A stretch of 63,053 nt of DNA, the filler included, from Platydemus manokwari (Eukaryota), in assembly GCA_037951405.1 (NCBI GenBank). It is 6 parts of 6 records of this genome, joined end to end, with 100 filler letters (N's around TTAATTAATTAA, not from the genome) between each part and the next. Parts side by side here need not be neighbours in the genome. Positions count along the whole stretch, not along the records: positions 53,891 to 63,053 come from JBBMOY011289762.1; 5 more parts are not named here. One strand, 5' to 3'. The position numbers were made by a program, and so were the translations under genes. Below the pieces are notes generated by a model. The model was given only the letters and a program-made list of their open reading frames with translations. It was not told the origin of the DNA and made no database searches. Shown in pieces: positions 54,040 to 63,053 of the stretch. Numbering within the stretch: position 1 is the first letter of the stretch; every line of letters begins with the position of its first letter.

Positions 54040-55595
54040 TATATCTTATTAATCAGTTGCATTAATACAATATGGTGTATGCAGCTGGTGATGTTAAATT
54101 TTCGTTTGCTTGTCAAGACTTTCAACAACATTTTAATTGAGCATCATCAGTTAGGGCAACAGTGCAATACTGGAAACAGAAGTTTGAAGAAACTGGAAAC
54201 TAGGTTGTGATCAGGAAGACAATCTGATGAAATCATGAAGAAAAAGGTGGTAAATTTTGTAAAAGAGAATGATGGGACAGTTTTCTTTGATCAGTATGCG
54301 CTTTATATGTTACAAAAGCGTCTTTTAATAGAGTTGCAATTAGGAAACCTGCGATGTATGTGATCTGCGGTTTTTCGAGACCAATGATGTTGAGAACCCT
54401 GTTGTTTTTGGGGTCCCATGAGCCAAGTACTCCTATGCAGAGTACATCTAGTGAGGTCTCGTATCTGCTTTTCGTTTTAATTTCTGAAGCAAGTGATGGG
54501 TACTAGGGACTGCTGGTCAATGAATGAAGATATGAGTGTCAGTTTCCTGCTCCGTTTTGCATCTTCGGCATAGTGTTGATTTTCCCATTTTGATGATATA
54601 TGGGCTGTAATTGAGAAAGAGAAGATTGTTTCTGTTCTGGAATGCTAAGATCCAAACTTCCGGTGATAAGTCGAAATTTTTGAAAGGTTTCTGCGATAAA
54701 TGGCTGGCCGAGAAGCAGTGTACAAGTCTTCCTTGTTTTTTCATTTTAGCTCATTCGTAATAGAAATTCATAAAAATTGAGTCATGCAATATGTCCGATA
54801 ATTTTCCCCGATTATCAAAATTGAAATTATACGTCTTGTCGTTGTCCACGGTTAATTTGAGAAAGACATCGGTATGGTGATTATAAAACTCCTCGTCAAT
54901 TTTGATTTTCCTGAGTTTTCTGGCAGCGAACCGAGTTTTGGTCCACCATGTTGCTGCAGATGATGATTTCTCAGTGGGCAGTTTGTCCGGTATCCAGAGC
55001 AGCGCAGTTAGTAAGTCTTCTGAGTCGGTCACTCGGTGTTTGACGATATTAGTGATATGATTTGCGATGAAAGTTCTGAAGTCATGATCCGGATTCGCAG
55101 GTACCTGAAGGCTCCGACTATGCTTTGGACGTAGTATTCCATTAGAGACGTGGTAAGTCCGATTCCGCCGAGTTTCGTTGGAGTGTACAGAAAATTGTTG
55201 TTGCTGGATTTTGAACCGTTCATATTTAGAATTTTCCGTGAGATTTGGCGAATTTTCTTTTAGAATGATTGAACTATTTGGCCGTGTTAGTCTGTAATTA
55301 ATTTTCGTGAATTCAAATTTGTGGTTTTGACCTGTTGAATTCTGAGGTGGAACGGCAATCTCGAGTGAAGAAATATATTGTAGGCCCGGAACTTCTGCGA
55401 AGGATGTAGTCTGGAGTCTGCAATCGCTTCGAAATCGGTGATAATTGATTCCAGTATGTGGTCCACCGGTGTTCGTTTTGATAGTGCAAAAGGCACTCCG
55501 AATTATTTATATATTATCCGAGCCCATGATTGGTATTGACTGGTCGAAAATTGTCAAGCCGATACGGTTCCTGAAGTTCTTTGAAAAGTGATCGC
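54040..55595 (-). mobile_element. NeSL/R5-type retrotransposon, copy C: 5'-truncated 3' portion (RT thumb, CCHC, partially deleted RLE)
   Basis: Minus ORFs align with copy A: DFEAIADSRLHPSQK, KLGGIGLTTSLMEY, TWWTKTRFA, KKQGRLVHCFSAS, CRRCKTEQETDTHIFIH, LDVLCIGVLGSWDP, KAHTD. Confidence 0.9.
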
Positions 55596-57754
55596 AGTAA
55601 TCGCACAGTATATATATATATGTGTGTGTGTTTTGTTATGAATCATTAGATGAGTTTTATATGTGGAATAACGAGCTGTGTAATACAAAACAGTATGCTT
55701 ATGGTTAATTCAATAATTTTATCTAATATTTGTATAATTGGTAACAAAATAAATAATAGAAAATAGAGAAAAGTAAACAAAAGTAATCACTTAAAAATTA
55801 TTAATAATTATCAACATTAAGCATTTATAGAAAGTAATAATATATGGAAAGTGAAACTATTTGTAAAACATGAAAAAGAACATAAAAATACAATCAATAT
55901 TACCATACATTTATTATTCTCCATTTATTATTTATTTAAAATATACAGGTGAGCTAAAGAATTCAAGCACCTATCTCTGCTATTTTGATAAAAATCAACA
56001 CGAAATTTCAATGTGCACTAAACAATTGATAAATTGTTGAAAGTGAGATTATACAGGACTATTGTTGAAATAACACATTAGCACGTGTAATAATAATAAT
56101 TCACCTACAATAACGCTCCATAATAAGTCTCCTTATTTCCATTTGTGTAATTCAGTCTTCTTATTTAGTCTGAAGTTAAGAGTTGAATGAAATAATAAAT
56201 ATAGTCTATTGGAAGGTGGATTTTGTTATCTAGTTTATCATAATGATTAATATAGTAACACCCAATTCGCAGTTGTAATAATAAGCTATTTTATAACAAT
56301 AATTATTATAATGATAACCGTTAATAATAATCATGCATAATAAACAATCTAAATCTTAACGCAATGGTACTTATAGTAGTTGTTAGAAATAGGATATTTT
56401 GCCGTTTCCTAAGTGAGGCACCATACTGTTACAGATGTAAAGATGTAAATTTAAACCACCACCACTTTGACCTTTGAGCGATCTGAAAAAAATGGAACCA
56501 ATCTTAAAGGAAACACAGGAAATAAAAAGATTACAAAATCTATATTAGAATCTAGGTGAAAAAATCAATTGAGGTTATCTAACTCACACTTATATAGGAC
56601 ATATATAGATACGAATTATAATCATAGTTAAGTCATAAGCACATTCAAGCATAATATTTATTTGAAAAACTACACTAATACGCCAACCAATTATTTAAAC
56701 AAACACCACGTGATTCATTATTTAATCACGTTACTATCATCAATTGATGAAACCGGGAAAGTTAAATGAATATGATAACTAGTTCAGACATATCTTTGGA
56801 CAATTGGGAAGACTAAAACATTATTAAGAATGGAATAGAAAGAAAATGAAAAGAGTTTACATGAATTATTTATGCTACAACATGAAATACCATTGTTAAA
56901 TGTGCATGGATATACCCATAAGCATGAAACCATACCAGTTACCATATGCGCACTTAAAATCGAGTAGAAATGTTTGAGAATAATGTTGGGTATATCACAA
57001 ATTAATCAAAAGGGTCCCAAGAACCAAGGAAAATTCCCTAAAAAGGGTCATTACACACAAACCCGATAGCTACATGTGCCTTTATCCAATCAGATTCGTT
57101 CTAATGTTAATCCATATTTAGAAGCTAAGAATTGACGGGCACATGCCTACAAAAGGTAGCAAGCTCAAATATCCGCGAATGACATGAGAGATTTAAGGAA
57201 AATCTTAAGTAAATCGATCTGCAAACAAATCCAGCAAATTAAAAACGAAGATCTACGACATCAAGTAGACACACCCAATGGGTCTATAAAAGAGGTTGAA
57301 TTCCATAGATTCTTGCCCGTATTTTGGGTCAGTAACTTTAGTGCTTAGCTTATGTGTGATTTTAGTAATCAGGCTTTTTTTTATTACTCTTCATTCTAAT
57401 TTTAAATTTCGGGAGCTGATCCCATCTTGAGTGATTTTCTTTGTGAATTGCGTAAAGATTTTTTATTTTCATTATTGAGACTTTGAGTGTATTATTTTAG
57501 TTAATACATATTTGTAGATACAAATTGTTGTTTGATAATCCAACAATATTATTATAAAACTCGGCTTTTGGGCGTCGTGATCCAAGTTGTATGGGTAAAA
57601 AAGAAAGGTGGTAGTATCACATAGTATGTGGATAACGGTAATTAATATGGTTACGAGAAAAGATACACACTCATTACTCTTTTCATTATTCATTTATGAT
57701 AACATAAGAAATTCTCAAATTTTTTTTATTGACATAAATAAAGGATATTAGCAA

Positions 57755-58060
57755 TTTGCAATTAGGGAGGAGGATAAATATCAAACAACGCTCGTCGATG
57801 ACAATGGGCCATTCGAATTTATTGTGTTACCATTCAGTCTTCTTACTTATAGATATTTCTAGAGGTTTAGAATAACACTTAATCGACATAGAAAAAAATA
57901 TTTAAAATATTAAAATTAGCATGCTTGGAAATTAGAGCTTTTAAATGCAAATGGGCTCGTCAGAAGTCATATATATTGGCCATAACATTTCGAGAGAAGT
58001 TTTGAAACTAAAACCTGCGCGAGCAATTAAATTACTAAAACTTCAGATTCCAATTAATAT
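57755..58060 (+). mobile_element. Gypsy RT remnant
   Basis: IREEDKYQTTLVDDNGPFEFIVLPFSL...HLIDIEKIFKILK...KCKWA...GHNISRE. Confidence 0.65.
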
Positions 58061-58119
58061 TGATTAAGAGTATATAAAATCGATAAATTCAAAAGGAACT
58101 TGAAAAATAAAAGTTAAAA

Positions 58120-58200
58120 TCTAAACTTGAGAAAAAATTACACACAAATCTCAAGTGAAAATGATGATTTAAAGATGCTCTAATGCCAGTTGAAAGCCGA
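58120..58200. repeat. Partial third copy (opposite orientation) of the 11059/11994 repeat
   Basis: aaaaattacacacaaatctcaagt...aagatgctctaatgccagttgaaagcc matches the reverse complement of copy 1 (AAAAATTGCACACATATCTCGAGT...AAGATGGCTAACTACCAGTTGAAAGCC). Confidence 0.7.
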
Positions 58201-58671
58201 ATAATATGACATTTTTGTATTTGATTTATTGAGTATTTTTGAAAAACTTGAAATTGGTGATGTACATGATACGTTTTGGGGTCACTCTCTTTTTATGATT
58301 TATTATTCTTTCTTTTGATTGATCGATACTACGACTTAATCAGTGCTCTGAGTCCGTTATTGACCCTCAGGTAGTATTTTGACCTTATGAGTTTTATTAT
58401 TTTGTTCGCCTCGACGATCACTTCTTATATGACGATAAGTGGATCGGCGTAGTAATCGATATTAGGTTTTTATCTTAACTTTATCTTCTGATCTTGATTT
58501 TACTTTTCTCACTCGGTCCTCACTCGTTTTTTAATCAGTCTCTATTTTATTTAATTAACCAAAATTATTTCAAAATAGGTGATGAATGGCAATGAAGATC
58601 ACTGCTATGAATTTGTGATACCTTATATCAATTCAACAAATTCAACTCGGTTTATGGTTATGAAATTTTAT

Positions 58672-59114
58672 TGTGGTTACAATCATACAATTATGAGTTA
58701 TAAATTACTACTTCTACCGTACAATGAATACAAATGATTTTATGAAGCTACTTTTATACACATAAACGACGGGATTTTTATACAATTCAGAGGGTTTTCC
58801 GAGCTCGGCTCTATAAATAGGGAGAATATGCGTTATAGATAATTGAATACGTGATTTTAAATGTATTATCTTACTGTTGTTCTTCCAGTAGAAAATACTG
58901 GGCATATCCTAATCCCTGTCCGGCAATGAGTCGTCGATATTGCGTTCAGGTTATTGTAAAAGTTTGCCTACCGTATCGTATGTGGCGTCCTTATTGTGCC
59001 CCTGTCCTGTGTCTTTAAATTGTATCTATATCGTGCCTTTTAATTTGCTATTCTATTGTCCTTATATTGTGCGTGCAGCGACAACAGTCACCGCCATATA
59101 TAGGCAGCGGTGAG
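58672..59114 (+). mobile_element. Probable Gypsy 5' LTR followed by a tRNA primer-binding site
   Basis: GC-richer non-coding block, TGTGG...CGCCA(T)A ends, TATA-like ctctataaataggg (~58809). It is followed by taggcagcggtgag, resembling a TGGCAGCGGTGGG tRNA-Leu-type PBS and able to pair with upstream TCACCGCC. Confidence 0.5.
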
Positions 59115-60233
59115 TCATCCACAGATATTCTCTGTGAATTTAATTTAAAACCGTGCATATATGTTTAATGCACTATGACTTATCGTGGCAGAGAGAATTT
59201 TTTTGAAATTAAATAAGGCAGAGAGCATTTCTTTGCGAATATTAATCCACGGAAATTTATTTTATTTAATGCACTAATATTATTTTATTTCAGCTGTTTA
59301 TTTTATTCGCAGTGCGCGATAATTTATTGCGCTGGATTATTTCATGGATAAATTCACTATGTGTTTTGTTTTAATCAGTGAATTTATTATAAGGCAATTT
59401 TAATGTATTTAATTTTATTATATCATTGCCACGTTTCTTATCATTTATAGGGTTTATTGAAGTTTAAATTACGTATTATATTATATTATATATAACTGTA
59501 TATTATTATATAATATCCCTGTCAACTATTAAATTTCCCTGAATTTTCATAAAAAAATGTTTTTTTCGTGCAATTAATGTTAAAAATTGTCATAGGCTCC
59601 AAAACCCAACATATATTATGTAGTATATATATATTATTATATCTCATTATATATTATTATAATAAATGTGAAGTATTTATTTTGACTCAAATATTATTTC
59701 GTATACATTCTAAAGATATATTCAGGATTTATCGTAAAATAAAAAAAATAAAATTCTTACGTTTCCCTTCATGATTGTAAAATGATTTCTAACATTAATA
59801 AGTAATTTTTCTAAGAATATCGACATAGATATGAATTTTGCAACAAGTTATTATTGATTAGAAACAAATTATTGAAAGTGAATAAAACTAAAATTTACCA
59901 GTCAATATATGATTTTATTAACTTTTTATTCTCTTTGGATAACATTTCTTTATAAAAAAATACGTTTATCGGAATATCATAAAATGAATTTTTTAGATGA
60001 TTATTTTTTAGACAAGGGTTCATAATGAAAATTTAAAAAGGTTTTTCTATTGATAAAGTCACAAAAGAGGACTATATTTTAAAAAGATAAAGTCTGTACT
60101 AAAGAAATAGGTTGTTTTAATTTTTTAATTTCTTTAAAGTCAAAAAAAATTAAAAAACAATTAAATAGTCTTGTCTTTTCATTTTTAGTCAAAATTCTCA
60201 AGACAAATTTCTAATCAATGATACTAAGATATT

Positions 60234-60690
60234 TTAAATTTTTCGTCTTTTATCCTCAAAATTTGATTCTAGTTTAGTTTTCCTTGGTTTTAGTGGTTTC
60301 GCATTTTTACAGACCATAACGAAATCATCATCATTGAAAATGTTAAAATCATAATTACTAAACGTTTTATCAGCATTAACATTACATGAATTAGCAAATG
60401 ATTTTTTATTAAGCGAATTATCAATATTTGTTTTCAATCTTTTTTTAAAAATAGGGAAATCATTAGCAATATCATTAGAATTATTACGATTATTTATGTT
60501 CAAAAAATTATTAATAAAATTATCAAATTTCAAAGTCAAAATTAACATACGTTTTTCAACTGAATTCATTCTTGAAACCACAGCATCATCAGAAATTCGT
60601 CGTTCAGCATTTTCAAAAAATCCTTACTTTTCAAATATTCGTAAATTCTTTTTGATATCATCGAACATGAAATATTCGTCATACCCCTCA
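60234..60690 (-). pseudogene. Possible TE gag/ORF1-like fragment
   Basis: 115-aa ORF with coiled-coil start, KSFA and DDDFVMV motifs reminiscent of LINE ORF1 linkers; no diagnostic domain. Confidence 0.25.
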
Positions 60691-60729
60691 AATTAAGTGG
60701 AATTGCGTTAATAAAGCTTGACACATAAA

Positions 60730-61270
60730 TAGCACTGGTTGCCTCATTGCTTCTTGCATTTTTATTTACCTTCGTTATCGAACATCACTTCAAAGAGAAT
60801 GGTTTAGGTGCTATAGTAACAGAGTATTTTGCTGCTCAATTTCTGAAGACAAAAAAATAGCCCTTGCATATTTGGACCACAGTTTTTATTGACCGACATG
60901 TTCAAAACCATAAAAGAGATACTGTAAGAATGTATTATATGTGCAAAGAGAAAGATGTATCAATTCTGAACTAAGGAGTTTCTACTCCATCGGTTAGGCT
61001 CTTAATCTCAAGTGCAAATTTTGGTGGTCATTGCCCAAATGTACACGATACATAATAACAAGAAATATCTAGTAGTCATTATCGACAGATTCAGTAAGCT
61101 AGTGAGCCGCACTGCTAAATCTATTTGAAGACAAATTTAGATGGAAGACGTGTTCAAAATGAAGTATCAAACAAGAATTCAACTCCTCATACCAGTGGAA
61201 ATCGAACGGACTGGCGGAAATAGTCATCAGGGCGGTACGTGATGTCATAACGGCTACTTTAAAGAGTATA
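60730..61270 (+). mobile_element. Gypsy RNase H/integrase remnant related to the element at 1570-5497
   Basis: QEFNSSYQWKSNGLAEIVIRAVRDVITA matches EFTSSYKYQANDLAERTIRAVRDIVVIT at ~4970-5050. Confidence 0.7.
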
Positions 61271-61276
61271 TGTAAG

Positions 61277-61409
61277 TAATGATAATAATAATGATAATGA
61301 TAATAATAATAATCATATAATAGTAATAAAATAATAATAATAATAATTTAATAGTAATAGTAATTTAGCAGTAATAAAAAAATGCTATAATTATAATAGA
61401 ATAATGACA

Positions 61410-61442
<33 letters not shown>

Positions 61443-61455
61443 ATAATAATAATGA
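61277..61455. repeat. Degenerate (AAT)n microsatellite
   Basis: Direct reading. Confidence 0.9.
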
Positions 61456-63053
61456 TACATTTATAATTAAGTTATTCTTTTAAAATAAGTCTTTAATGTA
61501 ATAATGAATCACTAATTGGTTTTTTACAAATATTTATTTCCGTAAATTTTGTTTTACAATCAATGCAAACAACGATCTGTGCTAAAAATTCAAAATGTGC
61601 CAACAATGAAATTTCAAATTCGTTGAGCGTATTGCCTAGAACCCTTTTAGTTTATATAAATATATTCTTTAAAAACATTTTGAATTTTTTTAAAAATACC
61701 TAAAAATAATTTCAGTTGCTTGAAATGAAATATTAAACGCATTTGAGCTTCAAATTCTCCTAAAATTTGAATATTTAAAGACATGAAAATCCAAGTCATT
61801 GAAAATTAACGAGGACCCCGTCTTTAGCATTAGAGACAATTTTTACAATGATTTTATAAAATAAGCACTGATATTAATAAACATATCTGTTATAAACTAA
61901 CTCTATTTAGAATTATAAAAATTTTAATTTTAAATCTTAAGAAAGTAGAAGTGTTGTGATTAGAATGGGAAATTGGTTTAAAAACTCTGTTATGTCAATC
62001 TTACACATCTTAAAATATGAGATATTAACTGAATTATACTGACAAAGCAAACATAGCATTTATTTATAAAATAAGTTATAAAATAATTTCAATTGCGAAA
62101 ATTCATTATAACGAAAGTATTTCGAAGGATCCTTTTTCTTAATTTAAGCCTATATCTGAAATTGATTAAAGTTAGGTAGCCATGACATTTAACCTCATTG
62201 GCTTTACATTTGAGATATGCTGTAAACCGATAGGGCCGGCATATGAAGTGTTTTATAAAGGCTCATCCAGAAATTCTTGTTTATCACAGAACCGTTTTTA
62301 ATCTTCAGCATTGTAAAATATATCAATATTATTGAAAAATTCGAGGAATTACAATTATAAGAAAATTTATTCAATAATATTAGTGTAAAGGCAATTCATA
62401 CTAAATAAAAATTTTGAAAAGGCTTAGATAATGTTCAAATATAAGGGCACGTGGATTTTAAAACCTGTGTGTCCGTTTAAACTTTCGTTTAAATTGAATT
62501 TTCGCTATTAATGGAGCATTACTTTATTATTCATATCCTATGATACAGATTGTTTGGCAAATCAAATAAATTGAAAAAAGGCAAAGGGTTAACTGGATAA
62601 ATAGTTGAATAATAAATTATCCCAACAAATCAATGTTTACATACCATTTTATATTAATCAATACACCAAGTACTAATACACGTTTTATAACGCATGTACA
62701 CCCTGGTATAATAAATGCTCCTAATAATAAGTGAACTAAAGATAGATTGTTCCTTTTATTTCTACAACTTTGATTACAATTCATTAAGAAATTAAACACA
62801 CATAAATATATTATTATTATTTTTATATTTATGAAATTTTAATGAAATGAAGTTTGTCAACCAACATTCTCATTTAAAATGCCGGACATATTGACGGCAA
62901 TGATTGTCCTAATACCAACTTTCTAATGAATTTTTAATTATATTATAAAATTATTGATTTAATATCAAAATTGATTATAATATTAGGTTGTCCCATATGA
63001 AATGTCCGATTTTCATGCACATATTTGAAGAAGCATAACTCATAAGAAAATAT

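Noticed and set aside
52514-55595. Copy C as the inverted missing 3' half of copy B
   Set aside because: Separated by an artificial spacer, and the RT core is absent from both; cannot be supported
56400-57330. Possible gag remnant (CYRC...H)
   Set aside because: Knuckle spacing is wrong and there is no further support

Overview
Very AT-rich eukaryotic genomic DNA. The ~40-80 bp GT-AG introns, abundant (AAT)n microsatellites and TE types fit a flatworm such as a dugesiid planarian, but that assignment is inference. The window is an artificial concatenation: five identical 100-bp spacers (N44-TTAATTAATTAA-N44) join contigs of about 10-12 kb, so adjacency across spacers has no demonstrated biological meaning. 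Host genes I can reconstruct are a spliced ANKRD53-like ankyrin gene (19117-20023, +), a spliced TJAP1/BEGAIN-family coiled-coil gene with a probable 42-nt GC-AG intron (26001-26678, -), an intronless sex-peptide/MIP-receptor-like class A GPCR (39279-40376, -) and two internal exons of an M1 aminopeptidase (41818-42057, -). Most of the remainder is decayed TE sequence: many Ty3/Gypsy remnants, a Tc1/mariner 3' end, a Tigger/pogo deletion derivative, a Polinton/Maverick packaging-ATPase fragment, and three pieces of NeSL/R5-type RLE non-LTR retrotransposons, two of which carry a Ulp1-like cysteine protease. The most interesting signal lies in those retrotransposons. Both diverged copies conserve an L-x-G-G di-glycine motif at a domain boundary upstream of the clan-CE protease, which suggests polyprotein self-processing. 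They also show repeated CxCxxC modules and two candidate structured RNAs. All alignments and translations were done by eye; no database searches were run.
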